This document shows, piece after piece, positions 12,601 through 24,944 of a stretch of DNA of 43,557 nucleotides. This stretch comes from Octopus bimaculoides. Lineage: Eukaryota. The translations under genes were made by a program, and so were the position numbers. The notes below the pieces were generated by a model that saw nothing but the letters and a program-made list of their open reading frames with translations, ran no database searches and was not told where the DNA came from. Position 1 is the stretch's first letter; every line of letters begins with the position of its first letter. The stretch spans positions 75,762,918 through 75,806,474 of the forward strand of contig NC_068989.1 of the NCBI RefSeq assembly GCF_001194135.2, given 5' to 3'.

Positions 12601-14709
12601 ATCTTCCAAAGTGTAATAATTTTGGAAATATTCAGTGAAAGCGGTGATGGCAATTCATGTTTCGTATTCCATTCTAGGCATTCTAGATGTAAACTTAAAT
12701 GGTATTTGAATACCAATTATTGTTGTTTCTTAGTAACAATTCAATTATTATTACGTAGACTTATGACGAAAAACATTTCAGCCTTGACCATATAACCATC
12801 TTGTATTTTTTCAGGATGAGTGTGCTGGACGTACTAGCGGTCCACTGGCAGAGTCGTTAGAACATCGGAAAGATTATTATGTGGGAAACATTCCGGCGCT
12901 CTGCAGTCTCACCAAGGTCATTTTTGTCTTTCATCGTTTCGGAGTCAATAAATAAAGCTGCTGGCCAGTTGTGGTGGCGACGGGTCGATCCTTTTCTTCT
13001 TTTCTCTCTCTCCTCCTCTCTCTTTTCCTTTCTAGAAGAAATAAACCGTGGCCAGACAGGTCAAAGGATGGGCTTTCCAAGTTTAAGATATCCAAGACAC
13101 ATCGTATATTATGATGGCACACCTACAACTCTATCAAGTGATTGAAGGCTCAAAGCAAGGTGATGCAGGACTTACTAAATTATTTCAATATGTTCGTTCC
13201 TTATTTTCAGACGGAACACTGTGATATGAGGGAGACTGTTGCTACTATTTCTCGCCTGTTGTATAAACATGTAGAGACTTCACCACTGGGTATTGGGCAA
13301 CCAGTTAACTGACGGCTAGTGTGTTACAGGTTCACTGAAGTATTACATTGTCTTCGTTGGACACAACACTATTTTGTATATCAAAGTTGACTAACTTTGA
13401 GAAAAAGTATTTTAGCCTCCATAAAGATATGCCTGCAATAAATTAGCTTCTTATCCTCTTCAGAAATATTTGATTTTATTGGATGCCCGAGGTTATCGGA
13501 ATTGAAGCTCGTTATTTTCCGTATGTAATTTTAGAAATGGTCAGTCACATATTAGTAGTTATTCAGTCTAGAAGATACAGACAACTAGTAAATATTTTAG
13601 TGGCCTCTTTGAGATAACAGACAAAAGGAATGCGATGCTGGTGAGCCTTGATCACAAAACTCTTCAAGAGTGGGAACAACAAAGACAACGAGATCCTGCC
13701 CCTTCACATTGGAGAGTATTACTGCTGTGGATTCCACGGAAAGCTTGGATCATATCCGACAAAAAGGCTAGTTGACTGATTGGCATGGAGTCAATATCTA
13801 ACTTCTAGTCTACAAATTATCTCTCTACTTTCTGCTTTTTCCACCACTACTACAATATCTACTGATCCTTGTAGCTGAGTTGTCTTGTGCCATTTCTGAT
13901 CAGACCTGCTGATTCATGTCTCCTTCGATCACTAATATTATATTACTACCCCCTTCACACAGGCTCTGCACAATCTGTTATTATCGACCCTTCATTGGTA
14001 CTGCGGGTGGACACATTGAAATCAAAAGCATAAGCTTTTGCTTGAATACATTAGATGCAAATGTAAATTGAGCAATAGGAAAAACAAAAACATGGAACAC
14101 TGAATATAAATTTCATCGATATCAAAACATGGTCTTTATATCATGATTGTGATCCACAATTCTGTCTGCGTATCTAGATGATTCTTAGATTCGTAAGTAT
14201 CTTGTTGTAAATGGAGTGGAGCCGTTGTTGTTGAAAAAAGTTCTAGGGATAAGGGATATTAATCATTTAAAGGGTTAATTGATTACACTTTGTAACACGA
14301 TTTTTATACTTGGATAGCAACTGTTATTTTCCTATTTGCTTACCCCTAGAAAGTATAACAAATGGCTAATATTCCTTCAAACTTTGCTTTTGTTACATTT
14401 ATTCAAACCCCTACGCATGGCTATGATGTACCTCACTAATCTCGCTTATGGTCAGAAAGGCACATATTGTCAGCCGCTAAGGGACATGCTCAAGTGGTTA
14501 AGGTCAAGCAACTGACAAGCAAAGCTGTGGTATTGAGTAGAATATTTGCTATAACGATATTTCTGCTTGAGCGCTGAATCTGTCTGAAATGTAATGAAAA
14601 ATAGATATGTTTCAAAACATTGATGTCCAGGTCACAAAAACAAAGTTTGAAGGGAATACTCGTAATTTCCTTTGATTTCGAGATAGAAACAAATACGAAA
14701 TAACACGTA

Positions 14710-14746
<37 letters not shown>

Positions 14747-17700
14747 AAAAAAAAATCGTGACACATTTTAAAAAGCGATTTTGGTTACTTCTATATTTTC
14801 CGTCTTTGTTGCGCTTTTTGAAATGCCATTCTCCCGCTCCACCCAGGGAATGCAAAGACTTTGAACTGAGAATTGCTACTCTATGTTTGTGTGAAGAAAG
14901 CAACAGCTAAGTTATTACAGGTATTCAACCAAATTTGTTAAGTTTACACGAGATTAATGATAAGCATAATGGTTCTAACTATGCAAAAATAAGACCCTAA
15001 CTAAAATAACCTTAATGATAGGAGTTACCTACCCTTAAAGTGAGGTGACATTATCGTCACAATTACCACCACCAGCGAACAAAAACGAGAAATAAAATAG
15101 ATATAGACTACATACTGCAATGGGTGTTTTTACTTCCTACGTCGATCGGAATTTTCCCTTCATGGCAATAGGAATATATGGTTATGTTTAATCCCTTCCG
15201 TTGTGCATCTCCACAAACAGCACTGTTAGAAATATTAATCGCTACACTATATGCGATTTCCTTTTCGTTAGCGTACTTTATAAAGTTGTTGAGACATGTT
15301 TGCTGCTTGTCATCGGCTAAGTTTGTAGTATTGCTTATTCTCAAAGTAGCAGACATCACGATCTGANNNNNNNNNNNNNNNNNNNNNNNNNNNNNNNNNN
15401 NNNNNNNNNNNNNNNNNNNNNNNNNNNNNNNNNNNNNNNNNNNNNNNNNNNNNNNNNNNNNNNNNNNNNNNNNNNNNNNNNNNNNNNNNNNNNNNNNNNN
15501 NNNNNNNNNNNNNNNNNNNNNNNNNNNNNNNNNNNNNNNNNNNNNNNNNNNNNNNNNNNNNNNNNNNNNNNNNNNNNNNNNNNNNNNNNNNNNNNNNNNN
15601 NNNNNNNNNNNNNNNNNNNNNNNNNNNNNNNNNNNNNNNNNNNNNNNNNNNNNNNNNNNNNNNNNNNNNNNNNNNNNNNNNNNNNNNNNNNNNNNNNNNN
15701 NNNNNNNNNNNNNNNNNNNNNNNNNNNNNNNNNNNNNNNNNNNNNNNNNNNNNNNNNNNNNNNNNNNNNNNNNNNNNNNNNNNNNNNNNNNNNTATATAT
15801 AACATATGATATAATTATAAACAGGCCAAATTTCAACCAATTCTCCGCAGACTGAAAAAAAAAAAAATGAACAACCACAATCTCAATATCCGAACCTAAT
15901 TGGGTTCTCCTCAGAGGTGTCAACATCATTCTCCGGAGATATAAGCAGCCAAACTATTTAAATGCTCAACAAATGCAGCAGTTATTCTATGAAGGAATTC
16001 CTAATTTGCATACCGAAAGTGTTTAACACACTATAAATACCAGCGGCCTGTGAACGGGGGGCTCTTAGTTCACACAGTATCAAGGTATGATTATATATAT
16101 ATTATATATATAGGTTATGAGCGATTGTGGTGTCAATTAGACCCAGAGGTTTCAGGTAATGCTGAGTAAGTGCTATGGATAGACCACAGTTAAGCTCCAG
16201 GTTCGGTGGTTATGCGAATAAGGGTTCCAACGTAGGTCATATATCAGTGTTTGAATATAAGGATTTACTTTTCGTAATGAGATAAAAGACCAAGGCTGTG
16301 TATAATATAGAACATTTATAAATAGAATGTCTTACGGCTGTTTCCAGGATATTTATTATATCCTGGCGAAAAGAAAAAGACAGAAAAATGAAGACGACAG
16401 AAAAAAAGGAAAGAAAAAGAAAGAAAGAAGAATATTTAATCAAATAGTTTTGCATAAATTTGATGATATTCTCCTGTCATCTTATTCATTCCTCCAGGGC
16501 GTGATGTTAATAACCTGCAAACATATTTCTCCTCGTACATTCTGAGAAGTGAAAGTGGGGCAGATTCAGAATATTTTCTGAGAATATGCACCTTCAAATC
16601 TTTTTCAAAATTGCAGCCGTTTGAAACGAAATGTTCAGCAAGTTCTGTTATTGTGGCTGACGTCGAATCTGTGCCCATTAAACCTTTTGTTTAATTGTTT
16701 AACTGTTCTGTTGTACAACCAACATAAATTAAGTTGTGTTTCGTGCATTCTGCAGCGTACACCAAATGGGAATCTTTACATGTTCCACCTTCTGTATAAA
16801 TCATAACATTTCTGTTATGATTTCTGATGGAATTCACTTGACTCATGTTGTTGCACAATGAACAAGACTTACAATAGGTGGCTGAGGAAATATCTGTTTG
16901 AAACGAGGATATTTCATCGCCATTTGCTGATAACTTTCATGCAACACTTTTGAAATGCCAGTGAAATGTCAGTGCCAACCCTGGAGGAATGAATAAGATG
17001 ACAGGAGAATATCATCAAATTTATACAAAACTGTTTGATTAATTATTCTTCTTTCTCTATTTTTCTTTCCCTTTTTTCTGTCTTTTTCTTTTCGTCTGTT
17101 ATAAAACTGTAACTTAAAAACTGATGATGTCATTCCATCAACGTGTGGACGCTGGTTGCTCCCGTTCATACCTGACGTTTAAATTTCTATAATTTTGAAT
17201 TTTTATCGCTTCTTATTTTGAACTTGACAAAGACAGACTTACTCTTGAAATATCGTTCAACCAATAAAATATCTTACAATCGAATCGCGCTCTTCGTCTT
17301 CCCTGTTTACCTTTGTGAAGAGTTACGTCAATCCTTTTTTAAAATAATGATAATAATAATAATGATAATAATAATAATAATGATTTCATTTATTGATCAC
17401 AAAGGCGAATGATGAGAGGAATACTACAGAGATAGACACAAAGTGTGGGGTATACATATCATAATGAAATGATAAAAGAAAGAAAGAAAAGAACTATTCA
17501 ATGTATACACTGGAAAAGAAGAGACATGTACAGCATACAAAAGTAAAAAAACAAATAGAGGTAGTGGGGTGGGGTATGCCCTGATGCAGTACAAGGCATT
17601 GGCTCTCATGGCTTCTGATCTTAACTGATTGGAAGTGAGCGCCTGGCAATATTCTAGATGCCAAACGCCCAGCCTTGGTCTATCCATGACTGCAGCTCTG

Positions 17701-18214
17701 TCGATGAGATGAGCTGCGGAAAGACGTGTCGCACGAAAGACACTCACACCAGTTCACCCTTGAAGAACTAGAAAAGATTGAAAAATACAGAATACTAAAA
17801 GAAATCGGAAGAATGTGCACTATGAAGAGGGTGTCTGTGATTCCAGTAGTTATAGGAGCACTCGGAGCACTAACAACCAAGTTCGAGAAATACGTCAGAG
17901 AAATCGGAATTGACATAAAAGCAGAGCAAACCCAAAATACTGCGCTGCTGGGAACAGCTAGGATTTTGAGATTGGTACTTGAATGTGGAATGTCTCCCAC
18001 GATAATTAACAACCAAATATCAAAGCTTATAATGTCCGGAAAGAGATCCTGTAAGACCTCTGACAACAGAATGCTGTCCACTTATACAGAATCTACCAGA
18101 GCAAACAAGATCGAGCGCTGAGAATTAAAACAAAAACAATAACAATAATAATAATGCTTTCTACCATAGGCTCAAGGCTTGAAACTTAATTTATCGACCC
18201 CAAAATGATGAAAG

Positions 18215-18263
<49 letters not shown>

Positions 18264-21200
18264 CCTTTCTATTATAGGCACAAGGCCTGAACTTTGGGAG
18301 AGGAGTATAGTCGATTACATCGACCCTAGTACCTAACTGGCACTTAGCTTATCGACCCCGAAAGGTTGAAAAGTAAAGTCAACCATGCAGTTTCTGAAAG
18401 TTGTGGGTAAGAGGAAGTTAGTAGAATATATCGATCCTTGTATATGATTGTTATATTATTGTTATCGACTCTGGAGAGAAAAAGGCGAAATCAGATCGTA
18501 AAGAACCGGAAAAAATACCACAAAACATTTGTATTATTTTTTTGTGATGCTATCAGTGAAACTTACATTTTCATATTGATATATGTTGTTGGCACTCCGT
18601 CGCTTACGACGTCGAGGGTTCCAGTTGATCCGATCAACGGAACAGCCTGCTCGTGAAATTAACATGCAAGTGGCTGAGCACTCCACAGACACGTGTACCC
18701 TTAACGTAGTTCTCGGGGATATTCAGCGTGAAACAGTGTGACAAGGCTGACCCTTTGAATTACAGGCACAACAGAATCAGGAAGTAAGAGTGAGAGAAAG
18801 TTGTGGTGAAAGAGTATAGCAGGGTTCAACCCCCCCTTGCCGGAGCCTCGTGGAGCTTTAGGTGTTTTCGCTCAATAAACACTCACAACGCCCGGCCTGG
18901 GAATCGAAACCGCGATCCTATGACCGCGAGTCCGCTGCCCTAATCACTGCGCCATTGCACCTCCACATTGATATATAAGATTTAGTAATACTTTCTTATA
19001 TTGGAACAAGGCCGAAAATTTGGGAGGAGAGGGTATAATTAAGTAAACTGGTCTCAGTACTTAACATTCCCTTCTTCCTCGAAGAAATATCAATCAACTA
19101 ATGTAGGGTCTGAACTTAAAATATAGAAAGGTGACTAAATCTTAAAACATATTTGCCTCGGCACTCCGATATGTTTTACAATTTCCATTCTCTTAAAAAT
19201 AAATTTATTCAGCGTAAAATATGAAACTCATAATTCACATAACCTGTGATCTTTCAAGATTTGCGATAAATGTATTTTCCATAAGTTCAGGCTTTGGTCC
19301 TCCTGCAACCAAAGCACATAACTTTTGACTTTGGTCTTTGAGTTTCTGTAATGTAGATTTGCGGTATTGATCAATACACGTCTGTGTGATGTTAACATTT
19401 TTATTCTCAGGTTCAAAAATGAAGACAATATCTCCCCTGTATTGCGCTCTCTCGCTTATGACTGAAAAGAAAAAGATGGAAATATATTTCGTGGGTATTA
19501 ATTTACTTTTTATTGAAAGCAACAAGAAATAATTGATTCTATCACAAGTACAAGACCTGACATTTGGTGGTGGTCGTGGGCAGTGTTAGTTGATTATTAT
19601 ATCAGTCGATATCCGAATATTTTAATTACTGTCGTGTGGGTACGTGGCTAAGTGATTAGGATATTGTAAAATCGTGAGTTCGATACCTGGCGGTGCGTTG
19701 TGTCCTTGTGCTCCAGTCCACCCACATGGCAAAAATGAGTAGTATCTGTAATTTAAAGGGCCTGCCTTGTCACATTCTATGTCATCCCTGAGAACTACGT
19801 TGAGGGCACACGTGTCTGTGGATTGCTCAGCCACTTGCACGTTAATTTCACGAGCAGGCTGTTCGTTTGATCAGATCAACGGGAACCTTCGTCGTCGCAA
19901 CTGACGGAGTGCCAGTTAATTTCTAGCACTTTATTTTATCGACTCTATCGACCTCTGCAGGGCATGAGTACACACACCAAAAAAAAAAAATCATACACTA
20001 AATCAACACAAAATTAATGGAGTTAATATTAAGCAGTTACTCCCCCGACTTGTTAGTAATAACAGTCATATCCCACTCAAATCATATTCTACTGAATTAA
20101 AAAAAAAAAGGTAAATTGGATGTTGCATTACTGAGTGCATTAGATATAAATAAAAAATAAGATGATGCGAAGGCCACCACAGGAATCTTTTGGGTCATGG
20201 ATCGGCTTTATCAGGAACTGACCTGGAATATGTTATACACCAATATGGACAATAAATAATAAAAGAAAGCAATACAGGAAAATATTTGTTTTAAAAAAAT
20301 CCAAACATTTAAATGTTTGGATTATCCTCGAATGAAAATCAATAATTTGGTTCAATAACACTAAGTAACACGATTTTTGTCCGTGGTTAGCAACTGTTAT
20401 TTTCCTATTTGCCTACCCATAGAAACTATGAAAAATGACTAATACTTCTTTCAAACTTTGCTTTTGCTACATTTATTCAAATTCCAAAGAATCCTTTTCA
20501 ACACATGGCTATGATGCTCCACCACTATTCCTGCACCTGATCAGAGATGCACTTATTATCAGCCACTAAGAGACATGATCAAGTGGTCAAGTGGTTAAAG
20601 TCAAGCAACTGACAAGAAAATCTGTGGTATTGAGTAGAATATTTGTTATAACGATATTTCTACTTCAGCAAATCGGCACCGAATCTGTCTCAAATATAAT
20701 AGAAAATAGGTCAGTTTCAAAACATTGATGTTCAGATTACAAAAGCAAATTTTGAAGGGAAAAGTAGTCATTTCCTTTGCTCACAAATGAAGGAAAACTT
20801 TTGCAAACTGGTCGTCTGAGATATCTCCGATAAGTATAACTCTCATGTTTGTAGAAAGATGAATTTTTTCTTCTCGTCTACAAATGTAATTTTCGTTTAG
20901 ACATGCTCTCAAACTCATATGTAGTTGTACATTTTGCAATGAATGGCACACAGTGCCTGAAATTGTTGAGAAAGATGACTGATTCCATCCACGATGTTAG
21001 TCTTATCTCTTAGATTTTAAGGTGCAATCAAGTGCCTCAAGAGACAATGTGCATTTCTTTCACATTTCCAATGTGGTCTCCTTCAGAGCCGCTTGCTTAT
21101 CTAAACCCTTTCACATATTGCAATGTTGTATGGGCAGACAGATTGGTGTATGAGTACGTATTTGGATGCACGTGGGTATAGATATGTAGATATATGCGTG

Positions 21201-21594
21201 AGAGGTAATGACGCTTGTTAAATATAAAGTGAATAGCGGCTGTATTGGTCAGAATTGAAAGTTTGAAGAGTTTTTGCTCGCATCGGAGACCTCAGTTTGG
21301 GGAACTGGTATATAGGGCTACATCAAATACAGAGATATACTGAGTTGAGTGATCTGCAGTGCGGAAATGGCGTGCAACCAGGTACTCATTATCAAGACGG
21401 ACGTTCCGCAGGTGTTCGGTGAAGTAGTCAAACCAGTGTCATTCGATCCGCCTGATGTATAGGAGGGAGTAGCAGAGAGAGCATTTCATGCAGTACACAT
21501 ACAGGCACACATACGCACACATATATTGTTTTAAGTCATTGGATCGCTGCCATACTCGAGCAATGCCGTGAAAAGTTAGTTGAACAAATCAGCA

Positions 21595-21633
<39 letters not shown>

Positions 21634-24600
21634 NNNNNNNNNNNNNNNNNNNNNNNNNNNNNNNNNNNNNNNNNNNNNNNNNNNNNNNNNNNNNNNNNNN
21701 NNNNNNNNNNNNNNNNNNNNNNNNNNNNNNNNNNNNNNNNNNNNNNNNNNNNNNNNNNNNNNNNNNNNNNNNNNNNNNNNNNNNNNNNNNNNNNNNNNNN
21801 NNNNNNNNNNNNNNNNNNNNNNNNNNNNNNNNNNNNNNNNNNNNNNNNNNNNNNNNNNNNNNNNNNNNNNNNNNNNNNNNNNNNNNNNNNNNNNNNNNNN
21901 NNNNNNNNNNNNNNNNNNNNNNNNNNNNNNNNNNNNNNNNNNNNNNNNNNNNNNNNNNNNNNNNNNNNNNNNNNNNNNNNNNNNNNNNNNNNNNNNNNNN
22001 NNNNNNNNNNNNNNNNNNNNNNNNNNNNNNNNNNAAGATAAACAAAGTTCTTTTTTAATCTAAAATATTCTCTCCTTCATTTTCTACAATGCTCTTCCAT
22101 CTGTCTGGTTGACTTGCAAGGCCCCCCCCTCTTCCAAAATTCACTTGTCTGTGACGAAAAATACTCCTCCAGTACTGTTCTGACCTTGTCTACAGAATTC
22201 ACATTTTTTCCGTTCAAATGATTTTGAAAACTGCGGAATAAATGATAATCAGATGGGACAATGTCCAGTGAATATGGTGAGTGGGACATCGTTTCCGATT
22301 GAAACTGATCTAGCCTTTGGAATGTCATCCTCACTGTATGTGTTCAAGCATTACCCTGATAGAAGAACACCTTTCGTCTTGAAACCAAAGATGGTCGTTT
22401 TTCTTCTAGCACTGACTTAAGTTGCTTCAGCTGCTCGCAGTAAATCTCCTTTGTTATCGTTTGGTTTGGGTTTCAAAGTTGAAAGTGGACTAATCCTTTC
22501 ATATCCCACCAAACAAATAACAACACCATACGTGGGTGAAGACCTTCTTTAGCCTGCGTTGCCGCTGTTTCTCCTTTCCCTACCAACTCTCTTCGGCGCT
22601 CGACATTTTTATAGAAAAATCATTTCTAGTCACCACTCACTATTCGGTACAAAAAAGCTCATTCGTGAGACGAGACAGCAAAGAACAGCACACATTCACT
22701 CTGCGTACGATTAGACTCTGAAAGTTTGTCAGGAACCCATTGACCCAATTTGCTGACTTGTTCGATGACACGCAAGTGTAGATGAATGGTTAAACAACCA
22801 AATCCAAGCTTCTCTGCTAGTTCCTCAACAGTTACGATGGGATTTTGTTCCACCAGAGTTTGCAGAACGTCCTCGCCGAGCTCTACAAATCTTCCAGAAC
22901 GAAGCTCGTCAACTAGGCTGTAATTTTCGGCTCGGAATTTCTGGAACCACCGTTGATACTGGTTTACCCTTATTATCCGATCTCATATACAATATTAATA
23001 TTCCTCAGACTTTCCGTTGCGTTGTTGCTTTTATTGAACTCAAAGCAAAATATGTCGAATATGCTCCCTTGTCACTTCCATTATAGCTTTGAAAAAATAA
23101 CTATTAAAATCGAACTGCACATTTCAAAACTTGAACTAAGAATAAGGACAAGGTAAAAACACTACCTACTTTTATAGCAAGTTGATACAGGTAGTTTATC
23201 CCGTCCCCCTCTGACTTTTAGTTCATGCAATTAAAAAAAAAAACGCATTATTTCTTTCTTTCTTTCTTTCTTTCTTTCAATCTACAATATATGTAAGTGT
23301 GCTTGTGTACAATGTGCGTATGTGTGCTTTGCTACATAATTGCCACATAACCATCTTTCTTTTTACCTACTTCTGCTTTTTACCTACTTCTGCTTTTTTC
23401 CTACTTCTGCTTTTTACCTACCCACAAATATAGGATAAAATATTATGTATATAAACATATGCACGTACACATATGTATTGAACTTACCAGCACATGCACT
23501 GCTATTCAGTTTTCCTTGCCAACTGGAACTGGGTGTACACGATATTGTGAAACTAGGAACTAGATTTTGGACAGGAAATACATACCCACTTATACATGTG
23601 TATGTACATTCAACGGATTGGTTTGTGGTTTTACAGGTTCTTGTTGCAAATTCAACATTAGGAGCTGAAAACTCTGAACAAGGTTTTGCTGCAAAAATAA
23701 AAATACAGTTAATATACATACATACATACATATATACGAGTGTGTGTGTGTGTATATATATGTATACGTATGTACTTGTATGCACGCTTGCGTGACTGTG
23801 TAAGCGCGTGTGCGCCTGTGCGTATGTATGTGCGTGTGCATGTATGTGTATATGAAAATATTTACGAATGCGTGTGAACATGCATCGGTGTTAAAATGGG
23901 GGTAGCTGATGAAGGAAAATGTTCTCTATGTGGCTTGTGTGTTTTCTGTACTCTGGTTATTATTATTTTCTTGTCTACGTTTTGTTTGCAAATACCTGTA
24001 CGTATATATGCATATACTCATTTATTATTTATTTTATATATATATANNNNNNNNNNNNNNNNNNNNNNNNNNNNNNNNNNNNNNNNNNNNNNNNNNNNNN
24101 NNNNNNNNNNNNNNNNNNNNNNNNNNNNNNNNNNNNNNNNNNNNNNNNNNNNNNNNNNNNNNNNNNNNNNNNNNNNNNNNNNNNNNNNNNNNNNNNNNNN
24201 NNNNNNNNNNNNNNNNNNNNNNNNNNNNNNNNNNNNNNNNNNNNNNNNNNNNNNNNNNNNNNNNNNNNNNNNNNNNNNNNNNNNNNNNNNNNNNNNNNNN
24301 NNNNNNNNNNNNNNNNNNNNNNNNNNNNNNNNNNNNNNNNNNNNNNNNNNNNNNNNNNNNNNNNNNNNNNNNNNNNNNNNNNNNNNNNNNNNNNNNNNNN
24401 NNNNNNNNNNNNNNNNNNNNNNNNNNNNNNNNNNNNNNNNNNNNNNNNNNNNNNNNNNNNNNNNNNNNNNNNNNNNNNNNNNNNNNNNNNNNNNNNNNNN
24501 NNNNNNNNNNNNNNNNNNNNNNNNNNNNNNNNNNNNNNNNNNNTATATTTATATTTATATATTTATATATTTGATCCTTTATATTGAACACTCAATATTT

Positions 24601-24845
24601 CATCTACATTCAATACTTTCTTTCATGGTGCCATCCATTTTTATTTTATTTTATTTTATTTTATATTATATATTGTATATTATATTATATATTGTATATT
24701 CCATATTCTATACCTCACATTGGTTCTGCAGGAATATAAATAAAACATAAAAAACAGACAGTGTTGGAACTCTTTTAAACAAAATAATATATTCCTCTAT
24801 ACACAATCATACAAAAAACCCACCTTTTTTGTATTTATTTTTACT

Positions 24846-24886
<41 letters not shown>

Positions 24887-24909
24887 GTATGCATATGCGT
24901 ATGTATATA

Positions 24910-24944
<35 letters not shown>

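Noticed and set aside
12900-14200. Possible decayed LINE (minus-strand LVIEGDMN resembles an APE endonuclease GDxN motif)
   Set aside because: One short motif only; no reverse transcriptase motifs recovered by eye. Needs TBLASTN or RepeatMasker.
17121-17155. CTGATGA followed by a weak stem in the inverted Penelope end
   Set aside because: No GAAA after the stem, so no hammerhead can be drawn.
18880-18966. tRNA-like sequences in SINE heads
   Set aside because: A and B boxes continue into SINE bodies, with no complete cloverleaf; not tRNA genes.
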